A stretch of 35,979 nt of DNA, from positions 1-35,979 of the forward strand of contig MRSU01010439.1 in the NCBI GenBank assembly GCA_008369845.1. Reading direction: 5' to 3'. Every line of letters begins with the position of its first letter. Positions within the stretch are counted from its first letter, which is position 1. Shown in pieces: positions 1-9,276 of this stretch. The DNA comes from Trichomonas gallinae (Eukaryota). The position numbers and the translations under genes are program-made. Under the pieces are notes generated by a model. The model saw only the letters and a program-made list of their open reading frames with translations, ran no database searches and was not told where the DNA came from.

Positions 1-304
1 CCCTATATTTGAGGGCTTTTTAATCGTTTTTTCTCTCAATTCCTCTCAATAGGGGCCACCTTCGGTCAACCAGTTTATTTAGTAATACCAGAATTTGAAC
101 ACTGTAAATATGATCATCACGTTTATTGCTACATTGCTCTGCTAGGAAACTTCAACAAATACTAACTTTTTATTTTTGGAATTTTGTGTATTATCTCAAA
201 AGATAATATTATGTCACGCATTCATACAATATAGCTTTAGTTTATAACAAATGAACATTGTAAGTGGTATAAGTAGAGTCATTTTTGTACCACACTCCAA
301 ATAC

Positions 305-610
305 ATTTTAAGTTTGCTTTAAATATCATTATTTATGAATATTGTATAAAATGTAAGCGTTAAAAATCAATATTTTAACATTCAATAAAACTCTTTTTGA
401 AAATGTATGCGAACACATCTTAAGCGTACGATATATATCTTTTTATCATGCTTTTATGAACATAGGTTAAATAATTGGTGTTAAAAATCGATATATTAAA
501 ATTCAATATAACATTTTTCGATTTAGCTTAAGTTTGCTATATATATATCTTTGTATAGCTTATTTATGAATATAGCCTAAATAATAAGTCTTAAAAATGA
601 ATATTTGGAA
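305..610. repeat. Degenerate tandem repeat, ~3 copies of a ~110-120 bp AT-rich unit
   Basis: The block TTAAG...TTTATGAAYAT...TTAAAAATSRATAT recurs at about 305-415, 420-527 and 528-610 (partial). Confidence 0.55.
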
Positions 611-776
611 AAAACGATTTTGAAATGTGTTCAATTAAACCATAATCATATGAGAATCTTTTGTGGAATGATATCAGTCTGGGTAGTAGATGCATGTTAT
701 ACAATCATTTTGTAAAAGAGAAGTGAAAATCATTTCTTTTTCGATTCCAAGAAAAATCGATTTTTGTTTTTTTAAA

Positions 777-998
777 ATGTGCAAGGAAGTTGATGATGCT
801 AAAAGTGATGGTATTTGGCAGGCACCTAAGTATCCGGACGTGCCAAAAGAACTTCCTCCGCCATATATTCAGAGAATAAAGCTTCGAGCATCTAATGAAC
901 TGTTCCCTCCAATACAAACAACCGATCTTATTGAGCAATGTAAAGCGAATGGCGAAAGCAATGGAGACCCCATTGAAGATACATCAGTCTCCGGTTAG
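777..998 (+). CDS. Small hypothetical protein (73 aa), Pro-rich centre
   Basis: The ORF track gives 690..998. GC content and coding-like composition start at the ATG at 777, which follows a T-run plus AAA. Sequence begins MCKEVDDAKSDGIWQAPKYPDVPKELPPPY. No family recognised. Confidence 0.55.
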   Translation: MCKEVDDAKSDGIWQAPKYPDVPKELPPPYIQRIKLRASNELFPPIQTTDLIEQCKANGESNGDPIEDTSVSG

Positions 999-1295
999 AT
1001 TTTAATCGATAACTTCATAATACGAGCAAATTTATACTTCGCTCGTAGATTTTATTATATACGCTGAATCTATGCGGAATGTAATGCGGCTTTTGTGATT
1101 TTTACTAAACTATTTTTATTCAATATATTTTATCTAACTTCAAGAAAGATTCATGCTAATACATTAACAACTTATACTCTTTCCTTTCATATTACACGCA
1201 AAGCAATAGTTTGGATAAAAAATTATCATGTTTAATCGAAATGCAAACAGTAATAAATAATCAATTGTGTAATTGATGGAGCAGTTATGATCTTG

Positions 1296-1649
1296 TCAAC
1301 GCTTGAATGCTCCGAATAATCTAATATTCACTTTTATGTTAACAAAATCTTTGGGTAAGAACAGACGAGTACTTTCACACATCTGCTCTTTGCAAGTGTG
1401 ATTGCTTTCACCAAAAACTTCATCAAGAAAGTTATTCCATAGTGAATGTGCATTACTAATCGGCTGAAATACATCCCATGTGGAATCTGGTGGTAGGTCT
1501 GTTCGTTTTAAATCAAATTTCGGAGAATATTTAGTTTGAATAAAATTTGAATTCGGATTAGGTTGCTGCTTTTGAACCCATTTACACGGAGCCTTTTCAT
1601 TGCTGGATTGCTCAACACATTCAACATTGATTGAATCAGTACCGTTCAT
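1296..1649 (-). CDS. Hypothetical protein (~117 aa)
   Basis: The ORF track starts at TTG 1667; the first ATG is at 1649 (MNGTDSINVEC...). Divergent from the kinase across the motif array. Confidence 0.55.
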   Translation of the reverse strand: MNGTDSINVECVEQSSNEKAPCKWVQKQQPNPNSNFIQTKYSPKFDLKRTDLPPDSTWDVFQPISNAHSLWNNFLDEVFGESNHTCKEQMCESTRLFLPKDFVNIKVNIRLFGAFKR

Positions 1650-1762
1650 GTTGAAGGGTTTTGACAATATATATCTTCACTTTTTTGCCGCGTTTTCAAA
1701 ATAAAAAGTGTCAAAGAGTTTGATGAAAAATTCGACTTCTCAATTTTATTGACTTCCAAAAT

Positions 1763-1996
1763 TTTACATGACAAAGCTTAATTTTACACGACAAACCATT
1801 ATTTACACGTCAGAAATATTTACATAACAAGTCATAATTGTTTACACGACAAATCAACGCTTTACACAACATATTATTATTTACATGTCAGAAAGTAATC
1901 TTGGTAAACTTTGTTTACATGACAAATTACATGTCAGAAAAATTTACATCACAAATCAATATAGTTTACATGACAAATTTCTATTTACATGACAAA
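1763..1996 (+). promoter_or_regulatory. Array of 12 co-oriented copies of TTTACAYGWCARA with short unique spacers, ~20-bp period
   Basis: Copies start at 1763, 1783, 1802, 1819, 1841, 1861, 1880, 1914, 1927, 1943, 1965 and 1984. The last ends 12 nt before the kinase ATG. The repeat is directly visible; the regulatory role is inferred. Confidence 0.7.
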
Positions 1997-2008
1997 AACT
2001 AAATCTAT

Positions 2009-3037
2009 ATGGCAGATCCTAGAACTTCTACACAAAGTTCGACGGAAGAAGGAAACAAATCTCCAGAAAGAGAAAAAAAGAAAGTACATCGCTCATTATA
2101 TGGAGACAGACATATTCCAACTGAATTGCCTCAATATGATGATTTATATTATTCAAAATGCATAGGAAAGGGCCATTTTTCACAAGTATATCAAGGATAC
2201 TACAGAAATACATTACCATGCGCAATTAAAGTTTTAGAACGCGGCGATAAAAATTTAATTAATAATGAAATCTCAATTTTACAAGAATTAAACGGAGAAC
2301 CAAACATAGTCCAGTTGTATGATGTTAAACGTGATAAAACAACTGTTCTTATTTTCGAATTAATCCATTCTACTCCATTGATAGATATTTTCGACTATAT
2401 AACCGTAGATCAAATCCGCAAACTCATATTTGGCCTATTAACAGCACTAGAAGCAGCTCATAAACACGGAATTGTTCACAGAGATCTTAAATATGCAAAC
2501 ATCATGGTAACAAAAGATCTTTCTAAGATCAAACTAATAGATTGGGGCTGTGGTGGAAGAATAATTGAAGGAAAAATGCTCGTTAAGGCCGGATCAAGAC
2601 TTTGCAGATCGCCTGAGATGTTACTTGAAGACCAAAACTATGGATCCGGCTGCGATATATGGGCTGTTGGAATACTTATACTCGAAATACTAACAGATCA
2701 TAGAATCCCTTGGGTAGAAAAAACCGGCAGCAAAATTTTAGTTTTAATTTCAAAGTATTATGGTTCAAAACAGATCAAAGATATTGTAAAAAGGGGTAAA
2801 TTGCGCTGGCCATCGAAATTAAACCCTAAAGATCTTTATGAAAAACCGGCTTCAGATCTTTTATATGCATTATCTCCAAAAAAATGCGAATTATTTGATT
2901 CCAAGCTTCTTGATCTGATGTTTCAGCTGCTCACAGTAGATCCTGCACTTAGAATTTCAGCAACTCAAGCATTAGCTCATCCATTCTTCGACAAGATACG
3001 CAGCGAAGCTACTCTTGCTACAGAAGAAGTTGTTTGA
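2009..3037 (+). CDS. CMGC Ser/Thr protein kinase, casein kinase 2 alpha-like (divergent)
   Basis: Gly-loop IGKGHFSQVY (CK2: LGRGKYSEVF), catalytic Lys in CAIKV, HRDLKYAN, CK2-diagnostic KLIDWG, DIWAVG, and C-terminal RISATQALAHPFF. Confidence 0.9.
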   Translation: MADPRTSTQSSTEEGNKSPEREKKKVHRSLYGDRHIPTELPQYDDLYYSKCIGKGHFSQVYQGYYRNTLPCAIKVLERGDKNLINNEISILQELNGEPNIVQLYDVKRDKTTVLIFELIHSTPLIDIFDYITVDQIRKLIFGLLTALEAAHKHGIVHRDLKYANIMVTKDLSKIKLIDWGCGGRIIEGKMLVKAGSRLCRSPEMLLEDQNYGSGCDIWAVGILILEILTDHRIPWVEKTGSKILVLISKYYGSKQIKDIVKRGKLRWPSKLNPKDLYEKPASDLLYALSPKKCELFDSKLLDLMFQLLTVDPALRISATQALAHPFFDKIRSEATLATEEVV

Positions 3038-3198
3038 TAAATATTTGTTTTGTATTTTATTTAATTATTATGAATTTTTAAATTTTAGAAGTAAAACATA
3101 TAAAAATCAGGCTACATTGTATACTTTGTCGACTGGAAATAAATCATATAAAATTCAGGCTTTTATAAAACAAAACATTTTATGACTTTATTTATAAA

Positions 3199-4605
3199 TC
3201 ATTTCTTCGTACTAACATTTGCAGCCAAAACATTTTCTAAAGTTGTACTCGCAGATGGGCACCATCCCTTCTTGGCGAAGTCAATACATGCGAATTTGGC
3301 ACAACCTGGGCACCATGTGCTGATATCTGATCCATACATATAGAAAACTACAGCTAGTGAGAAGATGATAATTAAAATTGGGAATGATAAGAAACTCAAT
3401 ATACCACGGCAAACAGCAGCGCCTTTTGTAGTTACATTATTTGGTAACAATGTAATACTAATCAGAATACCAATAATAAGACCTCCAAAATTCTGGTAAT
3501 TGTTGTTATATGGCATGAAACCAATAATGATCATGGCCACTAGTAATAAAATTTCAAAAGTCAAAAAGATGTAGCGTTTCTTTTGATGGAATGATGCTAT
3601 GAGTCTGGTGATTGCAAAACCAAGCCAAGCACAAACTCCACCATTTGGACCAGTGACAAGAGTTAATGGTGCGAAGAGTAGTGATAAAACTTGGCCGAAC
3701 ACGGCACCAATGAAAAACAGTAGAAAGGCAACCCAGAAACCGTTGTATCTTTCAACCTCATAAAGAAGTCCAAGACCAAGAATGATGATAACAAGATGTA
3801 TAATGCCAGCAGTAAGAGACATAGATGTAAAGAACCTCCACCACTCACCTCCTGTGACCAATGGCGAGTAAGCAGCTCCTGAAATAATCAATGATGTTTC
3901 GTTGAAACCAAAAAGTGGGTTTTCTTTTGTTAATTGTATCTTCGCACTGGATAAAAGGAGCGCTAAGATGAAATGTATTACTATAAGAATGGCAAATCCT
4001 ATTGTATAAACTAATGGAGTCTTGAATTCCATTTGAAGAACTTTTTCTTCTTCAGAATTTTCTTTCTCCGCCATGAGTGTTGTAGGATCGAACATAATAA
4101 CGGCATCTACCATGTTATCATCGAGTTCATTTTCTTGTTGTGGTGGCAATGCTTCTGGTGATTGTGGTTCAATAGTGTCTTGTCCTTCGTTTGCAGTTGT
4201 ATCTTTAGGCTTGCTTGATGAGGATGAAGATTTGCTTGATGGTGGAGCAAGTTGACTTGAAACTGGCGGTTTTGAAGCTTGTTGTGATGATACAGGAGTA
4301 TCCTGCCACCAATTAGCACCGCTTTGGAAATTGCGTAAAAAGTCGTCATCTCCACGATTAAAATATCCGCCTTGTTCAGAATTTTCGTTTGCATTCGATA
4401 GTATTTTAGTTGGTTTCTTTGAATTTGTTGGAACTTTGATGGAAGACGAGGAGCTTGTCGAAACTTCAGACATATTATCATCTGAGTCAGAGCCACCAGT
4501 TAATGAATTCTTCTTTGGCTGGGACATCGAAGTCTGGCTCCTCTTGCGTGTCTGTTGCTTGGGGGGCATCTCATCGCTAGATGATGTTGAAATGCTAAAA
4601 CTCAT
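3199..4605 (-). CDS. Rhomboid-family (S54) membrane protein, predicted catalytically inactive (iRhom-like)
   Basis: Long Ser-rich cytosolic N-terminus, GEWWRFFTS (WR motif) and about 7 TM segments. GxSG is replaced by GPNGG and the AHxGG His is replaced by Asn (QNFGG). Cys-rich tail WCPGCAKFAC...WC. Confidence 0.85.
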   Translation of the reverse strand: MSFSISTSSSDEMPPKQQTRKRSQTSMSQPKKNSLTGGSDSDDNMSEVSTSSSSSIKVPTNSKKPTKILSNANENSEQGGYFNRGDDDFLRNFQSGANWWQDTPVSSQQASKPPVSSQLAPPSSKSSSSSSKPKDTTANEGQDTIEPQSPEALPPQQENELDDNMVDAVIMFDPTTLMAEKENSEEEKVLQMEFKTPLVYTIGFAILIVIHFILALLLSSAKIQLTKENPLFGFNETSLIISGAAYSPLVTGGEWWRFFTSMSLTAGIIHLVIIILGLGLLYEVERYNGFWVAFLLFFIGAVFGQVLSLLFAPLTLVTGPNGGVCAWLGFAITRLIASFHQKKRYIFLTFEILLLVAMIIIGFMPYNNNYQNFGGLIIGILISITLLPNNVTTKGAAVCRGILSFLSFPILIIIFSLAVVFYMYGSDISTWCPGCAKFACIDFAKKGWCPSASTTLENVLAANVSTKK

Positions 4606-5794
4606 CTTTTTATTATTATTGTTTCTAAAAATTATTTCAGATTTTTCTGATATTTGTTAGTAATCGGCACAATACATAGAAAAATGCCTGATTTTGATGT
4701 ATTTTTTTGTATTTAATAAGCTAGGTTTTTGAGAAGTTTACACAAAGATTTATGGCTTTTTGTTTCCAGTTTTTAAGCTAAATATCGCACATATATACTT
4801 TAAAACTTCTATTAATCAAAGAAAATGCGATTTTTATTTTCGACATTTATTGTCAAATTTTATTACAAAACGATTTATAACTGGGTTTTCTAGGATTTAG
4901 CATTTAAATAGAGTTTTATTTTTATTCGGTCAGAAAAATCTAATTTTTATTTTTAAGATTTTTTCCTTCATTGTCAGTTTTTAGTCCAATAAAGAATATG
5001 ACTTATTTTTTTAATTGCAATTTACTGCATATAAAGATTCTTATTGTTTTCTGCAATTTTTCAATATGATCTAAATACTTAAGGTTCTGGAGTCGGTAAA
5101 ATTGTAACGTGTCTATTAGTCTACTGAGCTGGCCTTTAAATAGAACAAGCATTTTTATTCATGTTTTTATCAAGAGAATTTCCTAATATTCAAAACTCTT
5201 GTTCAAATTGAGTCAAAACAGAAACCATCGCAAACCACTTTCAAATTGATTGTATAGGTTATAGTGATGATGTAACCTAAGTTTACAACCAAAAAATAAG
5301 GTTTTACGATGAGATCTCATTTACGACTTATTGCAAAACTTGCTCAAATTGCTGATAGGAACAATAATTGCAATAAGCTCAAGGAAAACATCATGATTAT
5401 ATAAGGTTTTTGTTCATTTTCGCTAATAAAAACTCAAATATAATAAATCTCACAAAGAAAAGGTCCAAAATGTTCATCGCAGTAACTTACATACACTGGA
5501 ATACCTTAATATTTTGCAGAAGGGCCGATTTTTGCAATAAATTATATTTTTGGATTATTTCATCAATTAATCTTTCTTGCAACTAAAATTTTATTCACAA
5601 AAGACTCAATTGTTGTTTAATTATATGTTAAAACTCAATAGTCGTATATCAAAATTCTTTTCAATAATGAGCTAACGAATAATACATGGATTTCAATAAG
5701 ATACACCGCATAATTTCATTGACTAAAGTCCAAATATATTTTTTTACAAGAATTTCTCAGAAACTCATATTCAACAATTACTATCAAAATTCTA

Positions 5795-6737
5795 TTAGTG
5801 AAATGCATTAGATGTATCTAATGACTCATTCATTAGGATAAACACGGCCAAGTAAAAAATGCTAATTGTTGGAGTGTAATGGTACTTTACAGTACACTCT
5901 GGTGGGATAAATGTGATGCGTAGGTGGCCATTACCAGGATTTCCTTTATGAGGGAAGTTTGTAGGAAGATTCATTAATTCATCTCCGGAAATTAGCTTGG
6001 TCTTAGAAAATATGGCGTTAGTATTAACACTGCATCCTTCATGGCCAGAAATGTATGAGCTTCCTCCACTTCCTGGCAAAACAGTAAGTGTTCCTGTATT
6101 ATTTATGGTAGTGCCTCCAAAATAGCCAGAACCCGCACCACTTCCTCCTTCTGAGCCAGAATGATACCATCCTACAGCATCTCTTCCATCTGCGCCAATT
6201 CCTGGAAGAAAACCAAAGGTTTGATTCGTTCCTTTAGTAGTGAAGTAGCGATTTGAGACGTCAGAACTGGAAATTGCACCAGCAGGTGACCCATTGCTGA
6301 ACCAAGTCGCACCACTTCCCCCTGCGCTCACAATGATCCTGTTTTCAAGGGAAATTGAGTTAATCATGATGGTCGTCGATCCACCACCTCCAGCTCCATT
6401 TGCATACTGCTGTTCTGGTCGTTTATATCCACTTCCTCCTTTTCCACCCCCACCGCAGCCACCTGCAGTCTTGTTTGAGGATAGAGTATAATTTTCACCT
6501 TTTCCACCTATCAACGCATACAAGGTAGTCTGGACATCAAATTCTATATAACCGGAAGCCAGAGCGCCATATCCGCCATGATTTCTTCCATCGAATGCAT
6601 CACCACCAGATGCACCCCAAGCTTCAAAAAAGTACTTTCCTGGATGGAGATATATCTCATAATAATTGCAATCGGGTTGGAACGCGAAATCAGTAGAATA
6701 TTTCTTTATAACATTTACTTATAATCATACAATTCAT
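5795..6737 (-). pseudogene. Glycine-rich (ALK/LTK-type Gly-rich domain) Trichomonas family gene with a 5' frameshift
   Basis: The frame is open from 6718 (VNVIKKY...YEIYLHPGKYFFEAWGASGG...YALIGGKG...GGGGSTTI...GSGGSSYISG...GNGHLRIT) with a hydrophobic C-terminal tail. The ATG at 6737, just after a TCATT Inr, is out of frame, and an in-frame TAA lies at 6719-6721. Confidence 0.7.
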
Positions 6738-7010
6738 CCAAAAGTATAATGACAAATAAATGATTTTATTTGTCAAAATGTCAAATATATAATTTTATTT
6801 GTCAAAAATCATATTTTATGCTGAATCGAAAGATCTTATTTGAATTTAATAGAAAAGGATTGTTTTTTTCCCACTTTGAGATCACGAGTGATGCGATTTA
6901 CAATATAAAAAAATCATGTGATATAAAATGTTTACGATATTACAAGAAATACAAAGTTAAACAAACAGGTATAGTACAGAAAGAATAGATTAGTCATCAT
7001 TTAATGTGCT

Positions 7011-7526
7011 TCAATTTGATTTTTTGTTATTCTCGGATTCATCTGTGAAAAAGTCATTAAATATGAAATCCTGTGACTCATCTGGTTCACTCCAATTAAC
7101 CTTAGCGATTGTCTCAAGGAATTGTTTACATGTCTTTCCTGAATGATAAATTTTGATATCAGAAAATGGAAAAGCGATAAGTGTACCTTTATATTCACCT
7201 TCAAGCATTTCATATATTAATGTTCTGCTGTCTGTATCAGACCATAGCGTGCAAACATGAAATGCTTTCTTTCCTTCTACTTCAGAAAAGCCTTGGAATC
7301 CATCTCCTTCATTGTCTTTTGCAAAATTAGCATAAGTAAATGGCGGTGCTACATATGTCATCCAATCTTCATTGAAATATCCGGTTTTGATATTTAGCCA
7401 AATCATTTGGAGCCCTTCTGATGGTTTATCAGCACATTCCTTGATTTTTGCTTCGATTTCTTTGACGTTTTCGGGTGGAGCAAATTCGACGCCGTTTTCT
7501 TTTGCTTTGGCTATGATATTTCCCAT
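7011..7526 (-). CDS. Hypothetical protein (171 aa), possible N-myristoylation (MGNIIAK)
   Basis: Clean ATG-to-stop ORF with coding-like composition. Gly2 with Ala6/Lys7 fits the myristoylation consensus. Confidence 0.75.
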   Translation of the reverse strand: MGNIIAKAKENGVEFAPPENVKEIEAKIKECADKPSEGLQMIWLNIKTGYFNEDWMTYVAPPFTYANFAKDNEGDGFQGFSEVEGKKAFHVCTLWSDTDSRTLIYEMLEGEYKGTLIAFPFSDIKIYHSGKTCKQFLETIAKVNWSEPDESQDFIFNDFFTDESENNKKSN

Positions 7527-7542
7527 AAAAAATAATTGCCAG

Positions 7543-7725
7543 TTTACATAACAAAATTATAATATTTGTCATGTAAACACATCAAGATAAAAATAACCTC
7601 AACTTTACATGTCAATATTTTTCTCGAAATAAAACATTTGTCATGTAAACAAATTGAGATAAAAATAATCAAAACTTTACATGACAAAAACGATGAATCC
7701 GTCATGTAAACCATCAAGATAAAAT
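7543..7725. promoter_or_regulatory. Bidirectional promoter with alternating-orientation TTTACATGWCAAA motifs forming ~51-bp inverted-repeat-bounded units
   Basis: Plus copies at 7543, 7604 and 7676; minus copies at 7565, 7637 and 7701. Unit TTTGTCATGTAAAC..AGATAAAAATAA..ACTTTACATGWCAA at 7565-7615 and 7637-7688, with a partial third from 7701. Confidence 0.7.
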
Positions 7726-7738
7726 TTTTGTCAGAAAA

Positions 7739-8476
7739 ATGTTTCAGGTTGGATGGTATATGAATACTCCTACAGACTTAAAGAAATCCAAGCAGAAACC
7801 CACTCTCAGGTGGGTTACTGTGACCGACTACTGGCTTGAAATATCAATGCGACCGATTGAACCTCCATTAATTACGATCCATCTCGGCTACGTGACATTC
7901 CGTCCAGGAACTCCAGATGAAGCGCTTCCAATTAACTCATTAGTTTTAAATACGCATGGGCCAATTGGATCGTGGCAAATTGTTATTACAACTAATAATA
8001 GGTTTGAGATCCTTGATTTTTATGAAGCCCTAGTTAAAGGCAAAGAAGCATGGAATCAAATCTTGATAAAAGAGTTACCAATAACAACATTCGAATCATC
8101 ATTCAAAAATAAAAACGCCGGATTTTTGGGTGGACGAAATGTCGAATGCCACTTATCTCCAATTGGCTTCAAAACAAATAAATCCCCGACAGAATCTACA
8201 ACATATAAATTTTCAGAAGTTCTCCTTATCCGCCCTGTTCGATTCGACACTCGACAGGGGGCTTGTTTTGAAATGGTAATAAAGGCACCCAAGCAGCAGC
8301 GCTCAGATTTAGTGTTTCAATGCCATGATCATGCGGAGATGAAAAAATTCCTCACTTTATTCTTATATCATTTATCCAAACTTGGCGACGAATTCAGCTC
8401 ACAGTCATTAAGTACAAGCAATCACACCGAAAAATCCCTGGCAACGCCGCCTACTTTAAGTTCGTCAACTTTTTAA
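7739..8476 (+). CDS. Hypothetical protein (245 aa), possibly two PH-like folds
   Basis: Intact ORF. A beta-rich pattern ending in a helix occurs twice (RWVTVTDYWLEI...FYEALVKG; ECHLSPIGF...EMKKFLTLF). The PH call is inference. Confidence 0.75.
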   Translation: MFQVGWYMNTPTDLKKSKQKPTLRWVTVTDYWLEISMRPIEPPLITIHLGYVTFRPGTPDEALPINSLVLNTHGPIGSWQIVITTNNRFEILDFYEALVKGKEAWNQILIKELPITTFESSFKNKNAGFLGGRNVECHLSPIGFKTNKSPTESTTYKFSEVLLIRPVRFDTRQGACFEMVIKAPKQQRSDLVFQCHDHAEMKKFLTLFLYHLSKLGDEFSSQSLSTSNHTEKSLATPPTLSSSTF

Positions 8477-8527
8477 TTTTTAGTTTTTAATTTTTTATTC
8501 TTAAATTTGTAAGTTTATTGATCGCTC

Positions 8528-8884
8528 CTAACTACCTTCTTCTTTTAAATCAAATAACAAAGCTGCTTTCGCTTTCATTTGGTTATATTTTTCGGTGAGT
8601 TTCATTAGTTCATCATTCTTATCATTGAACCACACCAAAAGGTCACGTAGTTGGTTTTCAGCAGATATGATCTGTTTATCTATGTTATTTTCATCCTGTA
8701 AGGAATTCATAATTTTTTCATCTGGGACAGCGAATTTTTCTAGCTTATCAGAGAGCTTCATCTTAGATGCCATCTTTATTGCATTCTCTAATGATGGATT
8801 TCCGCCCTCATTATCGCCACGCTGAGTGTTTATTATGAATGCCATAATTCCTTCATTATAATTTGATGCGGTCAGATCTGACAT
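8528..8884 (-). CDS. Small coiled-coil hypothetical protein (~118 aa)
   Basis: The ORF track starts at a non-ATG codon at 9007. Coding-like sequence begins at ATG 8884 (MSDLTASNY...). The upstream region carries promoter motif copies at ~8886-8898 and 8982-8994. Confidence 0.65.
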   Translation of the reverse strand: MSDLTASNYNEGIMAFIINTQRGDNEGGNPSLENAIKMASKMKLSDKLEKFAVPDEKIMNSLQDENNIDKQIISAENQLRDLLVWFNDKNDELMKLTEKYNQMKAKAALLFDLKEEGS

Positions 8885-9276
8885 TATGTCACGTAAAATC
8901 AATTTTTCAAAGTGTTTTGCCAAATAATCAACTTTACGTTCCAAAAAAGTCAAATATTTATGTTGTGGACAAATCAAACTATTTGTCATGTAAAGATATT
9001 TTTTCAAAAGGATTTGCCAAATAATTTAGTTTACAATTTCATACATCATAAACTGGTTGACTCGGTCGCTTGCCTTCAGTGGACACTTGATTAGAATATA
9101 GTTGGCAGAAATTTGTCACATGGTAATAAAGAATATTTCATGAAATATTTAAGCTATTTGTCTGGTTTGATTATGCAGATATATTTGATCAAATGTATAG
9201 ATATAGTAACAATGGAATATATATTAAATATATCATGTATTATTATGAAAAATGAATAAGTTTTTATGCTAAAAAA

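Noticed and set aside
1763..1996. CRISPR array interpretation of the repeat-spacer pattern
   Set aside because: Repeats (~13 bp) and spacers (mostly 4-9 bp) are far too short, there are no cas genes, and the context is eukaryotic.
3663..4660. Overlapping ORFs 3663-3848, 4073-4255, 4107-4496 and 4331-4660
   Set aside because: Alternative-frame or antisense shadows of the rhomboid gene, mostly in its low-complexity N-terminal region.
6770..6988. Short AT-rich ORFs (also 10033-10233, 12893-13141, 13568-13816, 20875-21060, 28550-28924, 33593-33817, 35631-35909)
   Set aside because: Mostly non-ATG starts with I/F/K/Y/N-biased translations typical of AT-rich non-coding DNA; no family signal.
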